DNA of 64,000 nt, taken from NCBI RefSeq assembly GCF_006345805.1, contig NC_043010.1, positions 2,976,001-3,040,000 on the forward strand, read 5' to 3'. The notes below the pieces were generated by a model, which was not told the DNA's origin, did not search any database, and saw only the letters and a program-made list of their open reading frames with translations. Origin of the DNA: Octopus sinensis (Eukaryota). Of the stretch, positions 41,924-54,621 are shown one piece after another (within the stretch, counting starts at the first letter, position 1; each line of letters begins with the position of its first letter). The position numbers and the translations under genes were made by a program.

Positions 41924-42022
41924 ATAAGATCAGTCCAGGTAGCCACCAGTAAGCTTCAAATGTGATTAGTTAAAAACTTAAACGATTGCTGTTTGGAATA
42001 CCAATTGTATGGTGGGAGAAGA

Positions 42023-42255
42023 AGGCGGTGAGCTGGCAGAGACGTTAGCACGCCTGGCGAAATGTGTAGCCGTATTTTGTCTGCTGTTACGTTCTGAGTT
42101 CAAATTACACCGAGGTCGACTTTGCCTTTCATCCTTTCGGGGTCGATAAATTAAGTACCAGTTACGCACTGGGGTCGATGTAATCAACTTAATCCGTGTG
42201 TCTGTCCTTGTTTGTCCACTCTATGTTTAGCCCGTAGTGGGTAGTAAAGAAATAG
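42023..42255 (+). mobile_element. SINE family B, young, with a 16-bp TSD
   Basis: gtatggtgggagaaga occurs at 42007-42022 and 42256-42271. Confidence 0.92.
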
Positions 42256-43209
42256 GTATGGTGGGAGAAGATGAACCACTATGGTGACTGCTATTCTTGT
42301 ATGAGAAAAGTAGCAGGATTCAACAAGAAGACTAAAGATTGCATAATACACCCAAATATTCTTTCAGCAATAAGGCATGTTCCACATGATAATTATCATG
42401 GGCCAGGCTGGGCTAAATAACAATGGATCAGCATAAAAACCTAGAAAAACTGGAGTCCTTCAAAAAAGAACAAACCAAATTAATCTGTGTTCTCCAGATA
42501 TCAGCAACCAGTAGTACAGTTAAAACTTGTAAAATCTTCCAGAGATTCTCCATGTGAATTTCCCAGGCTAAACATGAAAAACATGCCTCACAGCCCCATG
42601 TGAATTTGGAGGAGGGTAGATATATGCACAAATCATCATATACACATGGAATGCATGAATGCACATGTATAAGAGTGAAGCACAAACACTTGTGTATTAA
42701 AGAGTTAAGTGTTTGCATTATTCTGCCAAAACATGCTTTTTTATCCACATTGTTTTGAACTAATCATGCATTATCTTGCAGTTATGAGATTTTGATGAGG
42801 TAGCTGTTTATTTTTAAGATGATATTGTAGGGTTGGTGTGAGAGACCAGATCTGGCCAGTTTGAACATAGAACATGTAGAATACTTTTGGCTGGTTTAAA
42901 TGCTAATGGGTTAAAGAGTTAAGTGTGAAGCACAGACACTTATATGGTAAAATGAAATGAATATCCACTGCAAAAATGTGCAAGTTATCCATGAGATCAA
43001 ACGTGCATATGTATATACACACATCAACAGTTTCAGATGTTCACAACATTTCAACACTTCTCTTAAATAAAACAAAAGAGCTTTGCCACCTGGTTGATGA
43101 CAAGCTTGAATTCTCCAAATGAAAAAATCCTAAAGAAAACACATATATACACACATAATGTGTGTGCACATATGTATACATGTATGGATCTTTGTGTGTA
43201 TGTGTGTGC

Positions 43210-44802
43210 ATATATGTATGTGTATGTATGCATATATGTGTATGTGTGTGTGTGTGTGACAGGCTTGCAGACAGATTACATCTAACAATTTTCTTCCACT
43301 AACAAGACATTGGTCAACCCAAGGCTATTGGAGAAGTCACTGGTCAGTGGTGCTGTACACTGGGATCAAAGCTGGAGCCATCTGGCTTGTGAAGAGAACT
43401 TCTTAACAACAGAACCAGGCCCAACACATACTGATGATGATGGTGATGATGGCAACATTGATGATATTGTTGATAATGATGGTGATGGTGATGATGATGG
43501 TGGTCATGGTGGTAGTGATGTTTGTGGTGGTGGTAGTGTTGCAATAATACGGATGATGGTGGTGCTGGTGTTGGTATTGGTAATGATGAAGATGAAGAGA
43601 CAATGGAAGAGCAGAAGACCAGTAATAGTAGTGGTGGTCATGGTGACACGAAGAGAAGGAATGATATACCTAGGCTGGTGGTCATTGACATGAAGCTACA
43701 GTGGCAGTGGTAGTGTTAATGTTGTTACTGGTGTTGGTGTGGTGGTGGTGGTGTGGTGGTGGTGGTGTGGTGGTGGTGGTGGTGTGGTGGTGGTGGTGGT
43801 GTGGTGGTGGTGGTGGTGTGGTGGTGGTGGTGGTGGTGTGGTGGTGGTGGTGGTGGTGGTGGTGGTGTTGGTGGAGGTTGTGGTGGTGGTGGTGGTGGTG
43901 GTGGTGTGGTGGTGGTGGTGTGGTGGTGGTGGTGGTGCTGCTGCTGCTATTGGTGTTGTGGTGTTAGTGGTAGGAAATAGTGTGAAAGTGATGGTAGATG
44001 TGATGGTGGAGATGGTGTTGGCATTTGTAGTGGTGATGGTGGTTGATTGTCGTAGTGGTGATAGTAGTTGTTGCAGAGGAGGTAGTAATGGTATTGCTGT
44101 TAGCTGAGGTGATGGTGGTGGTAGTGGTGGTGGAAGTGGTTGTAATAGTAGTGGTAGAAGCCGTAGTAGTGGAATTGGTGAAAAAGGTATTGATGTTATT
44201 TGTGATGGTGGTGGTGGTCGTCGTCGTGGTGGTGATGATAGTGACAGTGGTATTTGTAGTGATGGTCATCACAGTATTAGCAGTTGAGGTGGTGGTGGTT
44301 GTAGGTGGGGAGGGTGGTGGTGGTGGTGGTGGTGGTGGTAACAGTAGAGTCTGAAGATGGATGGTGCTGATTCCTTACACGATACATATAAATCAAAGAG
44401 CTCAGATAGATTATATTAGCAAGACGCTGCTTTAATCATTTGGTCTCTTAGATGTGTTTCCAGCAGCAGAGAGTCAGAAGTTTTCCATATATTTCTGAAA
44501 CTGAAGACCAAACAACAAACATATTGCTGGCTGCTGGCACTATACAACTAATGGCATCAAACTTAACTTACAAATTACTCCTCTGATTTTAGCACACACA
44601 ATGCCACATATGCATATACACACAGCAACAAACGTGCACACATATGCACCACACACACAATAAACATATGCAACACATACATACGTGTATACATACACAC
44701 ACATACAGACACACCCAGATGGGTTTCATATTGATATTTCAATTTGTGTGTGTATATCTTTGCTTGTCTCTGTGTGTGCATGTATATGCATACATACATA
44801 CA

Positions 44803-44852
<50 letters not shown>

Positions 44853-44880
44853 TATTATTATACATATATATTATTATACA

Positions 44881-44914
<34 letters not shown>

Positions 44915-46451
44915 CATAAATATATATACATATATATGTATGTATGTATGCATATATGTGTATGTGGTGTGTGTGTGACAGGCTTGCAGACAGATTACAT
45001 CTAACAATTTTCTTCCACTAACAAGACATTGGTCAACCCAAGGCTATTGGAGAAGTCACTGGTCAGTGGTGCTGTACACTGGGATCAAAGCTGGAGCCAT
45101 CTGGCTTGTGAAGAGAACTTCTTAACAACAGAACCAGGCCCAACACATACTGATGATGATGGTGATGATGGCAACATTGATGATATTGTTGATAATGATG
45201 GTGATGGTGATGATGATGGTGGTCATGGTGGTAGTGATGTTGTGGTGGTGGTAGTGTTGCAATAATACGGATGATGGTGGTGCTGGTGTTGGTATTGGTA
45301 ATGATGAAGATGAAGAGACAATGGAAGAGCAGAAGACCAGTAATAGTAGTGGTGGTCATGGTGACACGAAGAGAAGGAATGATATACCTAGGCTGGTGGT
45401 CATTGACATGAAGCTACAGTGGCAGTGGTAGTGTTAATGTTGTTACTGGTGTTGGTGGTGTTGGTGTTGGTGGTGGTGGAGGTGATGGTAGTGGTGGTCA
45501 CGGTGGCGGCAGCAGTGGTAGTGGTGGAGGTGTTGGTGGTGTTGGTGGTGGTGTTGGTGGAGGTTGTGGTGGTGGTGGTGGTGGTGGTGCTGCTGCTGCT
45601 ATTGGTGTTGTGGTGTTAGTGGTAGGAAATAGTGTGAAAGTGATGGTAGATGTGATGGTGGAGATGGTGTTGGCATTTGTAGTGGTGATGGTGGTTGATT
45701 GTCGTAGTGGTGATAGTAGTTGTTGCAGAGGAGGTAGTAATGGTATTGCTGTTAGCTGAGGTGATGGTGGTGGTAGTGGTGGTGGAAGTGGTTGTAATAG
45801 TAGTGGTAGAAGCCGTAGTAGTGGAATTGGTGAAAAAGGTATTGATGTTATTTGTGATGGTGGTGGTGGTCGTCGTCGTGGTGGTGATGATAGTGACAGT
45901 GGTATTTGTAGTGATGGTCATCACAGTATTAGCAGTTGAGGTGGTGGTGGTTGTAGGTGGGGAGGGTGGTGGTGGTGGTGGTGGTGGTGGTAACAGTAGA
46001 GTCTGAAGATGGATGGTGCTGATTCCTTACACGATACATATAAATCAAAGAGCTCAGATAGATTATATTAGCAAGACGCTGCTTTAATCATTTGGTCTCT
46101 TAGATGTGTTTCCAGCAGCAGAGAGTCAGAAGTTTTCCATATATTTCTGAAACTGAAGACCAAACAACAAACATATTGCTGGCTGCTGGCACTATACAAC
46201 TAATGGCATCAAACTTAACTTACAAATTACTCCTCTGATTTTAGCACACACAATGCCACATATGCATATACACACAGCAACAAACGTGCACACATATGCA
46301 CCACACACACAATAAACATATGCAACACATACATACGTGTATACATACACACATACAGACACACCCAGATGGGTTTCATATTGATATTTCAATTTGTGTG
46401 TGTATATCTTTGCTTGTCTCTGTGTGTGCATGTATATGCATACATACATAC

Positions 46452-46502
<51 letters not shown>

Positions 46503-46530
46503 TATTATTATACATATATATTATTATACA

Positions 46531-46564
<34 letters not shown>

Positions 46565-46600
46565 CATAAATATATATACATATATATGTATGTATGTATG
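43210..46600. repeat. Tandem duplication A, two units of about 1.7 kb
   Basis: aggcttgcagacagattacatc occurs at 43261 and 44980. The units are collinear until about 44950 and 46600, and they differ mainly in microsatellites. Confidence 0.95.
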
Positions 46601-46708
46601 AATGTATATAGCTATATCTATATATGCATACATGTGTGTGTATATATATATATACATATATACACATACAAACATACATATATGTGTACATATATGTATT
46701 TATCTATA

Positions 46709-46739
<31 letters not shown>

Positions 46740-47148
46740 TCATGCATATGTATATATGTATATATTATGTATGTTTTGCCTTTTATCTTTTATCTTTTAC
46801 TTGCTTCAGTCATTAGACTGCGGCCATGCTGGGGCATCACCTTGAAGAATTTCTAGTGGAATCAATCGACCAACAAAATAGAACTAAAAACGAGAGTATA
46901 TATAAATATATATGTGTGTTTTTTATTAACTGACTGAGTTTACAAGGTGATTCAAGGGTTGAGAGTTTTGCGCATAGATCAGAAGATAAGTGCCAATGCA
47001 CTAAACTCTCAGCCCTTGAGTTACTGTCTCTCTCTTGTGCCAATTATATATATATATATAGATAAATAAATAGATAGAGAGATAGACAGATAGATATAGA
47101 TATATACATCCATACATACATGCATATATATATATATATATATATATG

Positions 47149-49285
47149 CAGAGGTGGGCACCATCAATCGAAAATTTAACTTTGTTAACCATTAATCTGT
47201 TAACGTTAACGTTTATTGAAAAAAGGCTTAACTATAGTTTAATACCCCACTGAATTTGGTGCCTCATAACTTCCAGAAAAATCGATATTTTTTAAAGAAA
47301 CTTTCACCAAATAATCGCTTATATCTTTTAGGTAGAGTATATCTAAAAATTTGCAGGGAAAAATTTTCTGAGAGGCTGAGGAGAGGAGTTTCAGAAAATT
47401 CACAGAACCTGATATTTTCCCTCTTACAACTTTCTGGAAAATAGGAATTTTTTAATGAAATTTTATACAAATACCTTTCAAACAGTGTGGATTACGATTA
47501 CAAAGAAATTTGTAGACAAAATTTGGGGGAGTAGTGGGGAGAGGTTTCTGGAAAATGGAGTTTCAGATCAGACAGCCCACATATGTTGGAATTTCTCGAT
47601 TTTGACGGGGATTTTTTCCACTTTTTTCCACCAAAGTCTTCAGAATAATGGGAGGCATCTTTTCATGAAAAAAAACGAAAAAATTTAGAAAATTTTTTTT
47701 CACTCCCACCACCCCAGTCCAAAACGATTTGGGCCATTTTTTTTCACTATGCCCTTAGAATCTGGGAGAGAAACATTTTCTGGTTTAAAAGAAAATTGTT
47801 AGTAATTTCAGTGGAAAATGTATGATTTAAGGGAGATCTGGCTGTTGTTTCTAGCACATCCCAAAACCTCCCTCCTAGTTTCTTCCTCACTCACACATCT
47901 ATTGATAGTTTTCAAAATTTTGTTCCCCATAAACAAATTTTATGGCGTGATGATGTCAAAGTAACACATGTGTAGCACCTGCCAAGTGAGGCCGTGTTAT
48001 GTATGTGTATATGTAAGAAAAGAACACCTAAAAACATCTTTGATGTTCATATTAATCTGTCAAATGTAATGCTTATTTGTTTACATTATTTTGAATTCTT
48101 CAGGTGTCCACAATATTTGCTTGTAACTTTGTTTTTACATACAGATTTGAAATTTTGTCAGTGGGTGCTTTATATACTACTGGTTTATAGTTATGTAATT
48201 TTAGCTGATCTTGCCGAATAAATTTGACTTTTATGAGCAAGTAAATTTAATTAACTGGTGTAAAAGAAATAACATTATGGATAAACACTAAAATTGAAAT
48301 TCTTAATGCACCTTGCCTGTTTGATTTGTTACTAAAATTATCCCAGATGGCAACCGACAAAAATTTTGTCACTTTTCAAGATGAGGTACATCAATTTGAA
48401 TTAATTAAAATACAGATGTAATCAGTACAAGATTTTATTCATTCAGTAAATATTGCGTACCTTGGTGTGAATAACATTTTCTACAGTTTTTTTGAGTGCG
48501 TTCAACATACCTGACCTCCAAACCTGCTGCAATCCACTTTTTCCTGGAAAAGAAAAGTGGGAGGGATGGTGGGTACCTCAAAGTTTCTAACCAAGGGAGT
48601 TTTGTTTTGCGGGTCTTTTTTCTTTTCCAGATTATGTTGCAAGCTTTCGACGAATGTGGTATCTAAATCACACATAAACAGCTCCTTTTTCCAGAGAAAG
48701 GAAAGAGTTGGCTGCTATTTCTAGCATGTCCTGCTACCACATAACAGCTATTTTATTTCACACTGAAATATCTGTGTTCACACCGAAATATTTACCAACT
48801 TTTTCCTTCCATTTATTTTTTCCACTTTATGGAAGTCAATATTTTCTATGTTGACATCCACCTCAGTGAGGTCACAGATCAACTGGAAACACATCAATCA
48901 CTGTACGCTCTTGACAGGACAAAGAAATTTCCTGCTGCCTTTGCAAGCAACAAGCGGGTAGATTTGGTTTCAAATCCAGGCAGGGCCAAATGGGGTCCTA
49001 CAAGTTATGTATGATAATAAGTGGCGTTATATCGGGGTTGAAAGAAGGATGCATACAATAGGAAATATGCTAAGACAATCTGAAAACAATAGAAACTATT
49101 AAATGCTTACCAGTTTTTATGAAATTTTTGTGTTAACGGACTTGAAATAATAGAAGACAAATGTAAATAAATGTGAATTAGTCTGATAATGATTTTCAAA
49201 GTTCAGTTAAAAGTTAAATTGTTAATGAAAATGTTAATTTTGTTAATCAATGATTAACGGATTAACTGATTTATGCCCAGCTCTG
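47149..49285. mobile_element. hAT-like non-autonomous DNA element, 2137 bp
   Basis: TIRs cagaggtgggca and tgcccagctctg match at 11 of 12 positions. Both subtermini are rich in TTAAC/GTTAA. There is no clean 8-bp TSD (the flanks are microsatellite) and no transposase ORF. Confidence 0.65.
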
Positions 49286-49440
49286 TGTATGTATATATAT
49301 ATATATGTGTGTGTGTGTGGTGTGTGTGTGTGTGTGCATGTGTGTGTATATATACATATAAATATATATATATATATATATATATCATCATCGTCATCAT
49401 TTAACGTCCACCTTCCATGCTAGCATGGGTGGGATGTGTG

Positions 49441-49474
<34 letters not shown>

Positions 49475-49529
49475 CATCATCGTCATCATTTAACGTCCAC
49501 CTTCCATGCTAGCATGGGTGGGATGTGTG

Positions 49530-49561
<32 letters not shown>

Positions 49562-49780
49562 ATATATACACATATATGTATGTGTGTTTTTTCAGTGTTT
49601 ACAAATAACATGCAAAAAATAGATAAATAGGTACTAAGGTAGCAAAAATCCACACAAGTACCAAGGATATAACAGCCTACTAATAAAGGTAGAAATTCCA
49701 GGTTTTTAGTGAAATGTTTTTGAACAACATAGATAAATAAATAAATGGAGTTAAACGCAGGTGTTATTCAAATCTTTAGA

Positions 49781-49868
49781 CTTCCAACATATGTTTCGAA
49801 GAAAACATTGGTACTATTCCAGAAGGGATAAAATGATGTAAAACAATGCAATCTTCTCATCAGGAAAA
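49781..49868 (-). ncRNA. Hammerhead motif with a long stem II (GUU site)
   Basis: UUUUC / CUGAUGA / GAAG..CUUC / GAAACAUAUGUU / GGAAG. Confidence 0.65.
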
Positions 49869-50154
49869 AAAAAAGAGAAGCAAAACACATCAATAAGACA
49901 TTTTAACCGAATGTGATTTCTGCATATATGATGAAAGGAACGCAGGTACGTTATTTTTTTTTAAAAAAAGCTGCTAATATATATAATGTCAAAGACAATT
50001 AATAGAAAGAGAAGGAGGAGGAGGAAAGAAATTAGCAGAAAATTAAAAGTGGAGAAATATAGTGTGATAGGTGAATAGGAATAAAGGTTAAAGGCATGGA
50101 AATAGATATATTCAGTGGGAGTGAAATGTAAGGAGACTGTTAAAGGTCCTTTTT

Positions 50155-50241
50155 TGTACCTGATGAGAAGATTGTTTGTTTTACATTATTTTATTCCTTC
50201 TGGAATAATACCAATGTTCTCTTCGAAACATATGTCGGAAG
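50155..50241 (+). ncRNA. Hammerhead motif with a long stem II (GUC site, damaged stem I)
   Basis: CUGAUGA at 50160-50166, GAAA at 50225-50228, CAUAUG-UC at 50229-50236. Confidence 0.6.
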
Positions 50242-50564
50242 TATAAAGATTTGCATAATACCTGCATTTAACTCCATTTATATTTATATATATATATATA
50301 TATATACATACACACATACATACATACATACATACATACATACATACATACATACACACATACATATATATATACATGTGTGTGTGTGTGCATGTATACA
50401 ATACGTAGTCATTGGTTATGGTTACTCATTGGTTTTCATGTATGCTATTGCTTTTAGCAATATAGAAGATGCATCAGACCGGGTGGCCAGAGGCACAAAA
50501 TCACATTTTTTTCCACTTATGAAGAGCTGACTATATGTATATCAATATACATATATACTCACAT

Positions 50565-50598
<34 letters not shown>

Positions 50599-50902
50599 TG
50601 AATGGTGGTTGCTTATTGCAATCACTTTAGCATGGAAGCATTTGACAATAATATGCTGTTTGATAACATTAACAGCGATTGCAATAAGTGGTTTCATATA
50701 TATAGATACACACACTCTCATGTGGGCATGTGTATCATCATCATGATCATCATAACCACCACCACCACCACCACTACCACCACTACTACCACCACTATTA
50801 TTATCATCACCATCATCATCGTCATTGTCATTGTTACTATTGTCTTCATCGCTGTTGTCATCATCACCATTGTTATCATCATCATCATTATCATCATCAT
50901 CG

Positions 50903-50937
<35 letters not shown>

Positions 50938-51707
50938 TTAATCAGCGTCATCGTCCTCCTCCTCCTCCTCATCATCATCATCATCATCCTCATCATCTTC
51001 CTCCTCCTCCTTCTCCTCATCACCATCCTTACATTGGAGGGTTTTAGTCTAACTAAATCAAGCCCAATACTTAATTTGTAAACCTGGTACTTGTTGTGCC
51101 AGTCAGTCTCTTTCGCCCAAACACTAAGTTACACGGTTGTAACTTCAAGTCCACTCCTGCAATCACACAATGATTGAAGGTGTGGAACTAAAACCACTTG
51201 GTTGCAAGGCAGGCTTCTTCACCACTCAGCTATGCCTGCTTCCATCTATATTTTGCTTAAATTTATTGGAAAACTCTCAGTGAATTCATTCTTTTGTCAT
51301 TATTACTCTGAGTTACACAGTCATGCACCTGAGATATTTGCTTTCAATTTTTCAAACAATTATTTATACATACATACATATATACATACATAAATACATA
51401 CATACATGCATGCATATATACATACATATTTGCTTACATCATACAAGTACACAAACATATAGACATACTCATAAAATATATACAGACACATGCATACACA
51501 CACACGCATGTACATATATTTTTGTATCAGCTGAAATACAGAGTAATATATATACATACACACACCATATATATATATACATACACACATATATATATAT
51601 ATATATTATATATATATATATATATACATACACACATACATACATACATACACACATACATATATATATGCATACATATACATACATATATATATGCATA
51701 CATATAC

Positions 51708-51763
<56 letters not shown>

Positions 51764-53012
51764 TATATATGCATACATATACATATATATATATATATTC
51801 ACATACAGCACTCAAAGATTAGCTCATGTCCTATTGAAAATATTCAAGAATGAAGAAGAAACTTAGATACATACTTTGGAGATATCAAAGAAGGACTATA
51901 GTAACAGTGAAAGACTGATATTTGTACCCTCTTTGTATGCATGTATAAATGTGAATATATTTCCGAAAGATAAAGGGAAAGTGAGATAGGAAGAGTGAGA
52001 GAAATCGAGAGAGAGAAAGAGAGGGAGAAGGAGATAAGGAGAGAGGTGGAATGAGTGAATGAGTACAGAAGAGCTGCAGTGAAAAGGAAATTGATAGATA
52101 TACAGAGATAGACAGGTAAAGCAAAAAGATAGATGGAATCAGTCAGATATGTTGAGGTAGATAAATAGACATTCAGACATTCAAATTGATTGTCAAAAAG
52201 ATAGATATGTTCTACTTTGAGAAACATCTTGCAAATAACAGAAGAAATAGTATAAGAAAGAAATAAATGAAAACATACATAAATAAATGCCAGAGACATC
52301 TTGCATATGTATCTGTATGTGTGTGTTCAGTTGGAAGATGAAACAAATAAAGACACACACGTGTGTGTGTGTGTGTGTGTGTGTAATTGTGAGTGGTGTG
52401 TGTCTATGTGTATTCACACATAAGCGTACACATGTTCACACACGTATTCATACGCAAATATATAAAGGAAATGACTCACATCTGCTCACACATTCTTAGA
52501 ATCTAAAGACACAAATCTTTCTAAGATATCACAATGCTCAAACTGAACATTATATGTAACCAGTGTTTGAAAAATATTCTACAACTTGCAAAAGAAATGA
52601 ATAGTATACTTCATGTCATATGTGTGTGTGTGTGTGTGTGTGTATGCATATATATATATACACACAGACAGAGAAAGAGAATTTTATAAAATAAATATAT
52701 ATATATATAAAATACCCATTGAATTAAACATTGCAATATGCATGAGGCTATATTTTATTGAATTGTATGTTAAAGTCACAACAGTGCTCAATATCTTAAG
52801 ATAGAGCTAAAATTACATAAAGCGAATCCACTGTAAGTTTGATGCTATGATTTCTCTTTTTTAATTGATGATTGTGTATGTAACTTATGAAACTTTGTGA
52901 TTTCAAAATCTGGAATCTCAAACATGCTTTTTAAATATGTGGTGTAGACTATGTCATTTCCTGCATATCTAAATGTTCTACAGCATTCATATATATATAA
53001 CTAATAGATATG

Positions 53013-53137
<125 letters not shown>

Positions 53138-53241
53138 GTCTATCTGTCTGTCTATTTATCTACATGAATGGATGAATAGATGGATGGATGGTGGATGAAT
53201 GGATTGATGGATAGATGGATAGATGGATAGATGGATAGATG

Positions 53242-53333
<92 letters not shown>

Positions 53334-53547
53334 TGTAATGGTAGGAATATTTTGGTAGACAGATGGAAGAGCAAAAATTTCTGTGAAGTTTAAATTACAA
53401 AATATTTATCATCATGTTGTTGCACTGAATGACAGAAAAGAAGTATTTATATCAAGTGAGTTTGTGTGTCAGAAATGATAGTAGCCATGAGAGGCATAGA
53501 CTGTAGTGAGTTTGTGCTTGAGACTTGGACAATATTCCTGCTACAGG

Positions 53548-53593
<46 letters not shown>

Positions 53594-53726
53594 TAGAGAC
53601 AAAGACAGAGAGAGAGAAGGACACTTGGAAAAATATACTTGTGGTAATATGATTGACTATAACTGTTGAAAGCAGTGGCCTAGTATGGTTGTTGTCCAAT
53701 TTCTGAAACTCAGTAAAATGTATTTA

Positions 53727-54015
53727 CGGAGATGTACTCGCATAGCAAGTGATTTGATCTGAGATCGTGTGCTTAAACGAAAACAATTGCAGCGTGGAAG
53801 GTGTTTGTAAGCCATTTAAGAAACACACAAAAGCCGTTCGATTCACTTCAACATTTAAGTTTAATTTGTCAAAATATTTTCGTCGCTAAAATCTGCGACC
53901 TGTTCACTGACAAAAATCAGCACGGATTTTTGTCAGTGAACAGGTCGCAGATTTTAGCGACGAAAATATTTTGACAAATTAAACTTAAATGTTGAAGTGA
54001 ATCGAACGGCTTTTG
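53727..54015. mobile_element. Palindromic MITE-like element, copy 2, with a perfect 91-bp stem
   Basis: 53828-53918 is the exact reverse complement of 53925-54015, around a 6-nt loop agcacg. TA precedes the start. Confidence 0.9.
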
Positions 54016-54399
54016 AGTAAAATGTATAACTTTCAGAAAAAGTATGAACAACACACACAGTTTCATTGGCTTTCTCCATGATTCTCTGAACCTGTCCCTA
54101 ACAATAAAACAGAAATAACGGTAGTTCCTAGTTCAAATCCAGTCGAACATTTAGTACAGACTCCCAGGAATAAGAGACTGAATAATGGTTGGCTATCAAA
54201 CTGATTGAAATGCTTTATACTGCATAGGATCACTGGCATGTTTGACAATAAAAATACATCAACAAATAAAAGCAAATATCCTTATTTTACTGTAAAAACT
54301 TAAATGTCAGTGACTGATACTGGACATTTGCACTGCAGTAGCGAAGTTGTAAAAGGTAAGCAACATTTTTTTATTATTTTCCATAGAACCACACTTTGC

Positions 54400-54530
54400 A
54401 GCCACCTGGATTTAGGTTCAGTCTTGGGCAAGTGTTTTCTACTCTAGCCCCAAGCTAGAGTAGAAGACATATAATGCCTTGTGTCTGAATTTGGTAGATG
54501 AAAACTATCTGAAAGCCAGTTGTTTTAAAT
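54400..54530 (+). mobile_element. SINE family A fragment
   Basis: ggttcagtcttgggcaagtgttttctact...atgccttgtgtctgaatttggtagatgaaaac. Confidence 0.65.
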
Positions 54531-54621
54531 ATATATATACATACATGTATGTATATATATATATATATATATATATGCACATATATATATACACTCACAC
54601 ATACATACACACATACACATA

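Larger units (their letters stand above)
49735..50287. mobile_element. Penelope-like remnant: about 130-bp inverted repeats, each with a hammerhead motif
   Basis: 49735-49864 and 50157-50287 are inverted copies. Each has CUGAUGA-GAAG...CUUC-GAAA-CAUAUG-UH-GGAAG. Confidence 0.75.

Noticed and set aside
43735-43960. (GGT)n tracts as functional G-quadruplexes or glycine-rich genes
   Set aside because: They have only two-G runs, the length differs between the duplicated units, and nothing suggests function beyond microsatellite expansion.
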